DNA of 40,161 bases from Gammaproteobacteria bacterium (GTDB lineage Bacteria; Pseudomonadota; Gammaproteobacteria; Eutrophobiales; Eutrophobiaceae). Numbering within the stretch: the first letter of the stretch is position 1; every line of letters starts with the position of its first letter. Position numbers and translations under genes: made by a program. The notes below the pieces were generated by a model. That model was not told the origin of the DNA. It saw only the letters and a list, made by a program, of their open reading frames with translations, and did no database searches. This document shows positions 31,448-40,161 of this stretch, in pieces. The stretch spans positions 1 through 40,161 of the forward strand of contig JABHFC010000098.1 in assembly GCA_018676275.1 (NCBI GenBank), in the 5' to 3' direction.

Positions 31448-33646
31448 ATGCACATACTGAACATAGCCTTGCCAGTACCTCTTCGCCGAAGCTTTGACTA
31501 TGCACCTGGTAATAATATTGCGATCGAAAGTCTAAAACCCGGCATGCGTATTCTTGTTCCTTTTGGAAAAGGAAAAGAAAGAGTTGGTATGCTAATAGGG
31601 ATATCTAATCACACTAATGTTGTAGCAAATAAAATAAAGAAAATTTCATCCGTCATCGATCAGATACCCATCCTGTCAAAATCGGATCTTAAACTTTTGC
31701 AATGGACAGCAGATTATTACCACCACCCCATCGGCGAAGTTATTTTCAATACACTTCCAGCCTTCCTTAAGCGGGGCAAACCAGCCGAATCGAAAAAAGT
31801 CTATTATTGGTGCTTATCCGAAACAGGGAAAAACTTTGATCCGCAAACGCTAAAGCGGGCACCCAAACAAATTGCCCTGCTCAATTTACTGGCATCACAT
31901 CCACACGGACTTGCCCTGGCCGAAATCGAATCGCAACTCCTGCACGCACGCACACCCTTACAGGCTCTACATAATAAAGGTCTGATTGAAAAAATTGAGT
32001 CCTCGTCTGGTCCAGGCACTCCTACCACAGACAAGGTCGAAATAAAGCTTAACAATGAGCAAAGGCAGGCAAGTAAGCAGGTTATTCGCTCGCTCTCTTC
32101 GAAGTCGGTATTTTTACTTGATGGTGTTACCGGAAGCGGTAAAACAGAAGTCTATATTGAGATCATGCAGGCAGTTATTGCCGAGGGAAAACAAATCCTC
32201 ATCCTTTCACCTGAGATTGGCCTGGCACCTCAACTCATCGACAGGATCACATCTCGATTACAAACAAATGTAGCGGTTTTGCATTCCGGTCTTTCCGATA
32301 GTGAGAGATTACAGGCCTGGGTAGACGCAAAAACCGGTAAGGCCTCCATAATAATCGGTACTCGATCTGCAATATGGACACCATTAAAAAATCCCGGCCT
32401 TTTCATTGTTGACGAAGAACATGACCTGTCTTACAAACAGCAAGACGGACTCAGATATTCAGCCAGAGATGTTGCCATCATGCGAGGTCAGCTAAGTAAG
32501 TCACCGGTTTTACTTGGCTCAGCAACACCTTCTGCAGAGTCCCTGCAAAATGTTCAACTCGAAAAATTCTCCTTACTTACCCTGAACAAACGTGCCGGCG
32601 AAGCAAACACCCCTTCGATCGAGATCATTGATTTGCGTAATCGGGCAATGCAAGGATCTGTGTCGCAAACACTGATACACGCTATCAAGAAAGAACTGTC
32701 TGAAAAAAATCAGGTGATGCTATTTCTTAATCGTCGAGGCTATTCCCCCACAATAATGTGCCATCATTGTGGCTGGATTGCAGATTGTGATCGCTGTGAT
32801 ATGCATATGACATATCATAAACGTCGCAATACCTTGTCGTGTCATCACTGTGATCATCAAATTGCTTTACCCAATAATTGTCCGGAGTGTAATGGTGAGC
32901 AATTACTGGAACTTGGACATGGCACAGAGCGTCTAACGGAAACACTAACGGAGTGTTTTCCAAAAGCCAGAGTATTAAGAATTGATCGGGACAGTACCCG
33001 TCGTAAGGGTTCAATGGAGCTTATGATTAATAGCATCAATGCTGGCGATGCTGATATTCTAATTGGCACACAAATGCTGGCAAAAGGTCATCATTTCCCG
33101 AAACTGACCTTAGTTGGAATCATTGATGCCGATGGTGGCCTGTGTAGTACAGATTTCCGTGCCAGTGAACGCATGGCACAACTATTTGTTCAGGTAAGTG
33201 GGCGCGCAGGCCGCGCGAATAAGCCTGGTACTGTTATGGTTCAAACTCACTTTCCTGATCATCCACTACTCAAGTCTTTAATAAGTAATGGATACAGGGA
33301 ATTTGCTAATGTGTTATTGCAAGAGCGTGAACAGGCAAACTTGCCACCGTTCAGTTACCTGGCACTACTACGTTCAGAGGCTCACCACCAGCATCAGACC
33401 AGGGAATTCCTGCAAAAGGCAAGTGTCCTGCTTAATCAACAGGGGCGGCAGATGGAAATTTTTGGGCCTGTACCTGCCCCAATGGAAAAAAGAGCTGGCA
33501 AAATTCGTATGCAACTACTAGTACAATCAAATAACCGCAGTTTATTGAGACAGGCTATGCACACCTGGAGTATGGCAATCGAAAAATTACCAGCGGCGAA
33601 AAAAGTCAGATGGTCTCTGGATATAGACCCACAGGACATGATGTGA
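31448..33646 (+). CDS. priA: Primosomal protein N' (replication restart helicase)
   Basis: GVTGSGKTEVY, DEEH, GSATPS, LNRRGY, four CxxC pairs, GTQMLAKGHHFP, QVSGRAGR, WSLDIDP. Confidence 0.98.
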   Translation: MHILNIALPVPLRRSFDYAPGNNIAIESLKPGMRILVPFGKGKERVGMLIGISNHTNVVANKIKKISSVIDQIPILSKSDLKLLQWTADYYHHPIGEVIFNTLPAFLKRGKPAESKKVYYWCLSETGKNFDPQTLKRAPKQIALLNLLASHPHGLALAEIESQLLHARTPLQALHNKGLIEKIESSSGPGTPTTDKVEIKLNNEQRQASKQVIRSLSSKSVFLLDGVTGSGKTEVYIEIMQAVIAEGKQILILSPEIGLAPQLIDRITSRLQTNVAVLHSGLSDSERLQAWVDAKTGKASIIIGTRSAIWTPLKNPGLFIVDEEHDLSYKQQDGLRYSARDVAIMRGQLSKSPVLLGSATPSAESLQNVQLEKFSLLTLNKRAGEANTPSIEIIDLRNRAMQGSVSQTLIHAIKKELSEKNQVMLFLNRRGYSPTIMCHHCGWIADCDRCDMHMTYHKRRNTLSCHHCDHQIALPNNCPECNGEQLLELGHGTERLTETLTECFPKARVLRIDRDSTRRKGSMELMINSINAGDADILIGTQMLAKGHHFPKLTLVGIIDADGGLCSTDFRASERMAQLFVQVSGRAGRANKPGTVMVQTHFPDHPLLKSLISNGYREFANVLLQEREQANLPPFSYLALLRSEAHHQHQTREFLQKASVLLNQQGRQMEIFGPVPAPMEKRAGKIRMQLLVQSNNRSLLRQAMHTWSMAIEKLPAAKKVRWSLDIDPQDMM

Positions 33647-33717
33647 AGCTCATAAGTAAACACTTCACACTTCCATTTTATCTTCAGCTATTACAAACTA
33701 CATGAGTTAAAGCGAAA

Positions 33718-34359
33718 TTGGATGCACATGTGAAATTATTTATAGCTGTTTTCCTGCTGATCATAACAACTTCAGTTGCGGCACTGGATGTCAGGATTAC
33801 CAATGATCTCGAATCAGTCGAGGTAAGACACAAGGGACAGAAAGTTCTTATCCAGAGAATTCAGGATATTGATAATACCGTAGACCCCGCCTATGCACGC
33901 ACATCGAGAAGATGTCCGCCTTTTTGTGTTCAGCCTGCCAGCATTGCGGATGGAGTGGAAACCATCGCTGAAATTGAGGTCCTGGATTACCTTAAAAAAA
34001 GCAGCGAAGGTGACGATTCTATACTGGTCATTGACTCGCGCACACCAGACTGGCTGCTTAACGGCACCATTCCCGGTAGTGTAAATATTCCATGGACCTT
34101 ACTTAATCCAGAGTCCGGTGCAGACCCATTTGAAATTGCCGATATTCTGGAAAATAGATTCGGAGCTCGTTCGCAGGAAGGACTGTGGGATTTTTCCTCA
34201 GCCAAAACCCTGGTTCTTTTCTGCAATGGTATCTGGTGTGGACAGTCGCCATCGAACATACGTACCCTGCTACGCTTCGGCTACCCGCCAACTAAACTGA
34301 AATGGTATAGAGGTGGCATACAAAACTGGGAAAATCTTGGCTTAACCACTGTAGAATAG
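33718..34359 (+). CDS. Exported rhodanese-like protein (start TTG 33718 or GTG 33730)
   Basis: Signal peptide (KLFIAVFLLIITTSVAA), CPPFC motif, IDSRTPDW...GTIPGSVNIPW, FCNGIWCGQS, WYRGG...W rhodanese motifs. Confidence 0.85.
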   Translation: MDAHVKLFIAVFLLIITTSVAALDVRITNDLESVEVRHKGQKVLIQRIQDIDNTVDPAYARTSRRCPPFCVQPASIADGVETIAEIEVLDYLKKSSEGDDSILVIDSRTPDWLLNGTIPGSVNIPWTLLNPESGADPFEIADILENRFGARSQEGLWDFSSAKTLVLFCNGIWCGQSPSNIRTLLRFGYPPTKLKWYRGGIQNWENLGLTTVE

Positions 34360-34397
34360 CTGCCTTCCATTAATACAGTATCAAATGCGATCGAACT

Positions 34398-34961
34398 ATG
34401 CCTCGCGATTATAAAAATACGAAAAAAAGCGCTCCGAATAAAAAGGAGTCAAAACTCAGCAGCCTGTTGACCTTTCTCAGTGGTTTATCTCTGGGTTTAC
34501 TGGTCGCGGTATTCGTATTTTTCTATGGTGATAACCTGGCTAGTTACTTTCAGATACAAAGGCATGTTGCGATACAAAGCAATAATGATTCTACAAAAAT
34601 GGAAGAGAATACGACCGCTATCCCGGAACCTACTTTTGAGTTCTATAATATTTTGCCCAATAAAGAAGTAGATATATCGGCCTGGGTTACCAAAGAAACA
34701 GAAAAGGAAAATACCAGTCCATCAGATGAAGAAGGAAATTACATTCTACAGGTAGGCTCCTTTAAGCAATATAAAGCTGCCGATCAGGTCAAAGCCAGGC
34801 TGGCTTTGTTAGGCTTCCAGGCTCATATTGAAACCGGCGTAATCAATGGGGAAGGTACTTATCGTGTTCGCATAGGGCCTTATAAAACACGAACAAAGTT
34901 AAGAGAAGCTCGTGAACGTTTGCTAGCGAATAATCTGGATTTTATCCAAATGCGCCTGTAG
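34398..34961 (+). CDS. SPOR-domain cell division protein (FtsN-like)
   Basis: MPRDY N-terminus, one TM, FEFYNILP essential-domain-like motif, YILQVGSF...A...A.LAL.G and YRVRIGPY SPOR motifs. Confidence 0.85.
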   Translation: MPRDYKNTKKSAPNKKESKLSSLLTFLSGLSLGLLVAVFVFFYGDNLASYFQIQRHVAIQSNNDSTKMEENTTAIPEPTFEFYNILPNKEVDISAWVTKETEKENTSPSDEEGNYILQVGSFKQYKAADQVKARLALLGFQAHIETGVINGEGTYRVRIGPYKTRTKLREARERLLANNLDFIQMRL

Positions 34962-34989
34962 GCGAAAATTGCTACAAGCTTTTACCGAT

Positions 34990-35232
34990 TTATAAAGCCT
35001 TATGGGAACCGTCACACTGCGGTTGATTTGCTGTCTTTTTACACCCACATAGATAGGCGCTTCCGGTTTTATCGGCAGTATAAGATAGCGGCACAAAACT
35101 TGTACCCTGATGAGAACCATCACAAAAAGGTTGTTTGCTGCTACGACCACAAGTACACCAATGGTAAGTTTTACCTTCTACCACTTCCACTTGATAAGGT
35201 GCTTTTTGCGCAACAATTGCTTCCTCACTCAT
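34990..35232 (-). CDS. CDGSH iron-sulfur domain protein (two CDGSH motifs, MiNT/NEET-like)
   Basis: WCTCGRSSKQPFCDGSH and LCGCKKTANQPQCDGSH; GGGGA SD upstream. Confidence 0.93.
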   Translation of the reverse strand: MSEEAIVAQKAPYQVEVVEGKTYHWCTCGRSSKQPFCDGSHQGTSFVPLSYTADKTGSAYLCGCKKTANQPQCDGSHKAL

Positions 35233-35337
35233 GATTTTATTCCCCTGTTAATTATCAGAACCCCAAGTTGGATTCGGAATTAGAACGCATAATATACGCT
35301 GCGTCTAACGAAACCCTGAGAATTAGTATAATTGAAA

Positions 35338-35411
35338 TGGAGCGGGTGATGGGAATCGAACCCACATTCTTAGCTTGGGAAGCTAATGTTCTGCCATTGA
35401 ACTACACCCGC
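35338..35411 (-). tRNA. tRNA-Gly (CCC)
   Basis: Reverse complement GCGGGTG TA GTTC AATGGCA GAAC A TTAGC TTCCCAA GCTAA GAAT GTGGG TTCGATT CCCAT CACCCGC T CCA: full cloverleaf, CCC anticodon, encoded CCA, 74 nt. Confidence 0.97.
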
Positions 35412-35424
35412 AATATCCGCTAAA

Positions 35425-35452
35425 ACTCTAATGCTTTTTCTATAGCAGTCAA
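35425..35452 (-). promoter_or_regulatory. Putative sigma70 promoter of tRNA-Gly
   Basis: Minus strand TTGACT - 16 nt - TAGAGT, just upstream of the tRNA. Confidence 0.5.
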
Positions 35453-35647
35453 CCGATGTCTATAGTGATTACTTAAGTTAAGCGAGAATGTTATTTATTT
35501 CGTTAGGGATAAATTGGTGTAAAATCACTCTGATCATGTCCCAGGTAGACGTCTGGAGTGTGATATATACAGTCAAACCCATAAAACAATACTATAATCA
35601 AAGGGTTAAATGAAAAGCACACAAGCCTCAAAAGCCCTGGTTCTGCA

Positions 35648-36052
35648 ATGGATGGCAAACGTATGACGGGGAATTCACCTACTATTGTTGTAGTAGATGA
35701 CAGTCCTACTGTTAAGGCCCTGTTTGAGCGCGGCATTATTGACTGCCAGATCGAATTAAAAGTATTTAGATCTGCTGACAATGCCTGGACTTATCTTGAA
35801 GCTATAAGCCCAGCCTTGTTATTCCTTAACATAAAAATGCCCGGTAAGGATGGACTGACTTTTCTTAAGGAATTGAGACATTTACCGCTTCACAAAGAAA
35901 CATCTGTTGTTATGATAAGCTCAAAGGATTACGCTCAAGATCGCTCGGTGGCAGAAAAGCTAGGTGCGTTAGAGTTTATTACCAAGCCAATGCCGATACA
36001 GGTGATTACAGATGTCATACACAAATATTTACAACCTACTAAGACAACATAG
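35648..36052 (+). CDS. Single-domain response regulator (receiver) with Asn at the phosphoacceptor position
   Basis: IVVVDDS, PALLFLNIKMPGKDG, VVMISS, GALEFITKP; start may be ATG 35663. Confidence 0.9.
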   Translation: MDGKRMTGNSPTIVVVDDSPTVKALFERGIIDCQIELKVFRSADNAWTYLEAISPALLFLNIKMPGKDGLTFLKELRHLPLHKETSVVMISSKDYAQDRSVAEKLGALEFITKPMPIQVITDVIHKYLQPTKTT

Positions 36053-36064
36053 CGAATTTTCCCT

Positions 36065-36979
36065 ATGAGTGATGCATATCTCCGTTTTTGGGGTGTGCGT
36101 GGTTCATATTCCGCTCCTTTCGAATCACATCTTGGTGTAGGTGGTAACACCTCTTGCGTTGAAGTCCGGGTTGATGACCAGATAGTTATCTGTGATGCAG
36201 GGACCGGCATCATTCCATTAGGAAATGAATTGATGGCGCAAAGTAAGATCCGCAACTTACTTGTTATCCTGACTCATTATCATTGGGATCATATTTGTGG
36301 TTTACCATTTTTCGTGCCCGCTTTTGTTCCTGACTGGAATATAGATTTTTTTGGTCCTGGTCAATGCGATGATGAAATCAAGGAACATGTCTCCGCACAA
36401 ATGCAGGCACCTTATTTTCCTGTAGGTACTGAAACCTGGCTAGCGAACGTAAATTACCTGAAACCAACTAAAAATCAGGAAATAGCCCAGGGACCGATTT
36501 CCTTTGAATATCACAACGTTCATCACCCTGGCACTACCTACGGTTATCGAATTAAGGCCATGGGTAAATCAATTCTTTATATTTCCGATAATGAATGTTC
36601 GTACCTGGGTAAATCTATTGATCGAAAGTCTGATGAATTGACAGAGGAAGAGAAGCAGCTATATGAAGAAATGAAAAAGGAAGAACATTTGGCGGAAATT
36701 GAAATGGTAAAAGATGCAGACATACTAATTCATGACGCTCAATATACGCCGGAAGATTATGAGAAAAAACGGGGATGGGGTCATTCCTGTTACATTGATA
36801 CTGTAAATATTGCTATTGAAGCGGGAGTTAAAGAACTTTACCTTTATCATCACGATCCAAACTATGATGATGATGCAATGGAAAAAATTCACCAACATTC
36901 ATTGAGCATTATCGAAGAAAAAAATTCCTCATTAAAATGTTTCATAGCCCGAGAAGGCCTGATAGTAGATCTCTCCTGA
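36065..36979 (+). CDS. Metallo-beta-lactamase-fold hydrolase (RNase Z / phosphodiesterase-like)
   Basis: FWGVRGS, GGNTSC, DAGTG, THYHWDHICG (HxHxDH), HPG..YGYRI, ISDNE, HDAQY, GWGHS, HHDP. Confidence 0.9.
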   Translation: MSDAYLRFWGVRGSYSAPFESHLGVGGNTSCVEVRVDDQIVICDAGTGIIPLGNELMAQSKIRNLLVILTHYHWDHICGLPFFVPAFVPDWNIDFFGPGQCDDEIKEHVSAQMQAPYFPVGTETWLANVNYLKPTKNQEIAQGPISFEYHNVHHPGTTYGYRIKAMGKSILYISDNECSYLGKSIDRKSDELTEEEKQLYEEMKKEEHLAEIEMVKDADILIHDAQYTPEDYEKKRGWGHSCYIDTVNIAIEAGVKELYLYHHDPNYDDDAMEKIHQHSLSIIEEKNSSLKCFIAREGLIVDLS

Positions 36980-37100
36980 TTGCTTATATTTCATTAGCAG
37001 TCACATTATGTATTAACACAATATCAATAGCATTGGCTCGCTTATACCTGATGACATTTCAATTTCAGGCAACGAGCAGTATTTTGGAAAAAATAAAGTA

Positions 37101-37787
37101 GTGGATAATGAAAAAACCCAGCGTCCAGTCCGAAGTTATGTCCTCAGGCAGGGCAGGCTGACTTCAGGTCAGGCATATGCACTGGAAAATTACTGGAGCC
37201 TATATGGCATTGAGTTTTCAAAAGCGAAGTTAGATCTGGATGTCGTATACGGTCGTAGTTCACCGAAGATCCTCGATATTGGCGTTGGTATGGGCAATAC
37301 CAGTGTCAGCCTGGCTTTGGCTCATCCAGAAAATGATTATCTTGCAGTAGAGGTACATCAACCCGGCGTAGGTAGTCTGCTCAGACTAATTCAGGAAGAA
37401 GGCATCAAAAATCTCCGTGTAATTTGTCATGATGTTGTAGAAGTACTATCACAGCAAATACCTGAGCGAAGTATTGATCAGGTATATATTTTTTTTCCTG
37501 ATCCCTGGCCAAAGAAACGGCATCATAAAAGAAGATTGATTAGCTCTGATTTTTTATCATTACTCATTCCGAAGTTGACATCACATGCCCGGATATTTAT
37601 TGCAACCGACTGGCAGGACCTGGCAGAACATGTAATAAAAGTTTGTGATAGTCACCCTGGCCTTATTAATCTCGCCGGAAAGGGAAATGCGGTTCCTCGA
37701 CCCACATGGCGACCATTAACGAAATTTGAACAACGCGGAAAACGATTGCAGCACCCGGTTTGGGATTTTATTTACGCACTTTCCTGA
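37101..37787 (+). CDS. trmB: tRNA (guanine(46)-N7)-methyltransferase
   Basis: RSYVLRQGRLT, DIGVGMG, EVHQPGVG, FFPDPWPKKRHHKRR, ATDW, TKFEQRG; GTG start. Confidence 0.96.
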   Translation: MDNEKTQRPVRSYVLRQGRLTSGQAYALENYWSLYGIEFSKAKLDLDVVYGRSSPKILDIGVGMGNTSVSLALAHPENDYLAVEVHQPGVGSLLRLIQEEGIKNLRVICHDVVEVLSQQIPERSIDQVYIFFPDPWPKKRHHKRRLISSDFLSLLIPKLTSHARIFIATDWQDLAEHVIKVCDSHPGLINLAGKGNAVPRPTWRPLTKFEQRGKRLQHPVWDFIYALS

Positions 37788-38434
37788 CAGTATAAATCTT
37801 GAAAAGAAGTGATGGCCTGAAACTCTGCGGTATCACGCACCGGCGCTTGGCTACTGGGTTGAGCAATACTGAGTAGATGACGAATACCATGCCGCTGAGC
37901 CGATCTTAGTACCTGCAAATTATCATCTATAAGGACAGTTGTATCTTCTGCAAAACATAGTTCATCTGTCAATTTCTCCCAAAACAACACATCTTCTTTC
38001 GGAGAACCAAAGCTATGCGCATTAAACATATGATCAAAATGACATTCCAGTCCTGTTTGCTCCATCTTCAGGCTGATAAATTTTTCGTGCGAATTTGTTA
38101 CCAAAACAATATTCTTTTTAATAGACCCCAGGAATTCCAGAAACTCTTCAACATAGGGTCGCGGCTGAATTAAATGTTCGATACCCTTATTAATCTCGAA
38201 TACATCCATATCTAATTGCTCTGACCAGAAATCGAGGCAATACCAGGGCAAAGTTCCTTCTGTATTTTGAAAAATGGGTATGAGTTTCTTTTTTGCAGTC
38301 TCAACATCCATACCATTGCGTTCCCCCCACTTCAGTGGAAGCTGTACCTGCCAAAAATAATCGTCAAAATGCAAATCCAATAATGTACCATCCATGTCCA
38401 GCAATACTGTTTTTACATCATCCCAGTTAATCAT
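37772..38434 (-). CDS. yrfG: HAD-family GMP/IMP nucleotidase
   Basis: MINW...TVLLDMDGTLLDLHFD..FW, GTLPWYCLDFWS, LVTNSH, PKE, IDDN; convergent 16-nt overlap with trmB. Confidence 0.9.
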   Translation of the reverse strand: MINWDDVKTVLLDMDGTLLDLHFDDYFWQVQLPLKWGERNGMDVETAKKKLIPIFQNTEGTLPWYCLDFWSEQLDMDVFEINKGIEHLIQPRPYVEEFLEFLGSIKKNIVLVTNSHEKFISLKMEQTGLECHFDHMFNAHSFGSPKEDVLFWEKLTDELCFAEDTTVLIDDNLQVLRSAQRHGIRHLLSIAQPSSQAPVRDTAEFQAITSFQDLYCQESA

Positions 38435-38508
38435 TATGAAAGATAAATAGACCCTAGTAATTTTTGATTATAAATTTAGCCTTAAGACCATTTTGTGAGG
38501 AGCACATT

Positions 38509-39318
38509 TTGAACACCGATTCACCTGAACTTCTGCCAGCGGTAATCAGTATCGCGGAAAATGCCGCCAACGAAATACTTGAAATTTATCAAAGTGATTT
38601 CTCTGTGGAAAACAAAGAGGACAACTCTCCTCTTACAGAAGCTGACATGGCTTCACACAAAATAATCATAGCAGGTTTGAGTAATCTAACACCTGATATC
38701 CCCATTCTTTCAGAAGAGTCTGCGTCAATTCCGTTTGAAACCCGACGAAACTGGCAGCGCTATTGGCTGATTGATCCTCTGGATGGCACTCGCGAATTCG
38801 TCAAACGCAACGGAGAATTTACGGTCAATATCGCCCTGATAGACAATCATCAGCCTGTCCTTGGAGTAGTGTATGTTCCTGTTAGCAGAGATTGTTATTT
38901 TTCAAGCAAAGGAAATGGGGCATACAAACAGGTCAATGGGGAGGCTGCTACGAAAATAAAAACTAAACCTTCTTCAGGTGAGACTTTTATTGTAGCCGGT
39001 AGTCGGTCCCACGGTAGTGAACAACAACAAAACTTTTTTACTGCATTGGGCGACGATGTCGAAGTCATTGCCATTGGCAGTTCTCTTAAACTTTGTCTTG
39101 TTGCTGAAGGCAAGGTTGATATATATCCCCGTTTCGGACCAACTTCAGAATGGGATACAGCCGCTGCCCATGCTGTTGTTTTGGAGGCCGGTGGTGTCGT
39201 CACTGATACTCAACTTAAGCCGCTCGAGTACAACCGGAAAGAATCAATTTTGAATCCGTATTTCCTGGTGATTGCTGATACGAATTTTAACTGGAAACCA
39301 TATCTGGAACAGGTTTAG
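38509..39318 (+). CDS. cysQ: 3'(2'),5'-bisphosphate nucleotidase
   Basis: K.DNSPLTEAD, ILSEE, WLIDPLDGTREF, FTVNIAL, SRSH, GSSLK, YPRFGPTSEWDTAA; start set at TTG 38509 after a GAGGAG SD. Confidence 0.95.
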   Translation: MNTDSPELLPAVISIAENAANEILEIYQSDFSVENKEDNSPLTEADMASHKIIIAGLSNLTPDIPILSEESASIPFETRRNWQRYWLIDPLDGTREFVKRNGEFTVNIALIDNHQPVLGVVYVPVSRDCYFSSKGNGAYKQVNGEAATKIKTKPSSGETFIVAGSRSHGSEQQQNFFTALGDDVEVIAIGSSLKLCLVAEGKVDIYPRFGPTSEWDTAAAHAVVLEAGGVVTDTQLKPLEYNRKESILNPYFLVIADTNFNWKPYLEQV

Positions 39319-39361
39319 ACGATTCGTCTGCTTATTGTTGCTTACGATATTATGAAGAAGT

Positions 39362-40161
39362 ATGAATACGCTTAATCAAAGCAAATTACCAAATCCAGTC
39401 GATGCTGGATTTTATATGCCAGCTGAATGGGCCCGGCACACTTGTACCTGGATGGCATGGCCCTGTCGAGAAGGTTTGTGGAACGATGAACAGGCTACAA
39501 GACAAAGCTACGCCGATGTAGCCAATGCCATCGCCCGTTTTGAACCAGTGAAAATGCTTATGCAGTCCCGATATGTTGACGATGCACGTCATCTACTGGG
39601 AAAAAATATTGAGATTATTGAAATGGAAATCGATGACTCCTGGGCACGCGATACTGGTCCTAACTTCCTGGTTAATAATAAAGGTGAGTTAGCCGGTTCC
39701 TGCTGGACATTCAATGCATGGGGAAACAAGTATGAACCCTATGATCAGGACGCATTAATGGGTTCGAGAATTCTGGAACTGGAAGAAGCCAGGATATATA
39801 GATCCGAACTCATTGCTGAAGGAGGTGGCATTACAGTTGATGGTGAGGGAACCGTTATAACTACCGAGTGCTGCTTCCCGAATTCAAATCGCAATCCCGA
39901 TTGGTCAAGAGAGGAGATTGAAAACGAGTTATGTCGGACCCTGGGTGCTGAAAAAGTCATCTGGATACCCGGGGACGCGGAAGAAGTGGAAACCGATGGA
40001 CATATTGACCTTTCAGCGGCTTTTATTAAACCCGGCCTTGTTCTTTTAGAAATAGCTTCTGATCCATCTGATCCTCGTTATTATATTGGCCAACAACATA
40101 TCACCGCTTTAACTGATCAGGTCGATGCAAAGGGTCGTCCCCTGCAACTGGAATTCATTTC
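39362..40161 (+). CDS. aguA: Agmatine deiminase (peptidylarginine deiminase family), 3' end beyond window
   Basis: Not in ORF track. Manual translation from ATG 39362: ...GFYMPAEW..H..TWMAWP, IARFEPV, DDSWARDTGP, FNAWGNK, EGGGITVDGEG, NRNP, TDGHID. Confidence 0.9.
   Translation, partial: MNTLNQSKLPNPVDAGFYMPAEWARHTCTWMAWPCREGLWNDEQATRQSYADVANAIARFEPVKMLMQSRYVDDARHLLGKNIEIIEMEIDDSWARDTGPNFLVNNKGELAGSCWTFNAWGNKYEPYDQDALMGSRILELEEARIYRSELIAEGGGITVDGEGTVITTECCFPNSNRNPDWSREEIENELCRTLGAEKVIWIPGDAEEVETDGHIDLSAAFIKPGLVLLEIASDPSDPRYYIGQQHITALTDQVDAKGRPLQLEFI

Noticed and set aside
35233-35411. tRNA-Gly as an integration site for a genomic island
   Set aside because: No integrase, no duplicated tRNA 3' end that I could find, and the flanking genes are ordinary chromosomal genes.
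37772-37787. Convergent 16-nt overlap of trmB and yrfG
   Set aside because: Short tail-to-tail overlaps are common; both proteins look complete.

Overview
A 40 kb core-chromosome window from a moderately AT-rich gammaproteobacterium, with no integrase, transposase, phage gene or CRISPR array that I could see. Left arm (minus strand): an APC amino-acid permease and a patatin-like phospholipase precede a tightly coupled five-gene envelope operon: pqiA-pqiB-pqiC, a LolA-like 'lipoprotein-sorting' protein, and an MMPL/RND transporter that runs off the window and is missing from the ORF track. Centre: the conserved ponA <-> pilMNOPQ-aroK-aroB locus, continuing into dgt, two tandem ExeA-like AAA proteins (only one with a SPOR domain) and gltBD. 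Right arm: a degenerate nucleotidyltransferase-like gene, priA, an exported rhodanese, an FtsN-like SPOR protein, a CDGSH Fe-S protein, tRNA-Gly(CCC), a D->N pseudo-receiver plus MBL hydrolase pair, trmB, yrfG, cysQ and a partial agmatine deiminase (also not in the ORF track). The best candidate for an undescribed system is the MCE (Pqi) + LolA-like + MMPL (+ patatin) lipid-trafficking operon. Secondary candidates are the structured gltB leader, the tandem AAA pair and the pseudo-receiver/MBL module. All family calls come from motif recognition by eye, not database searches.
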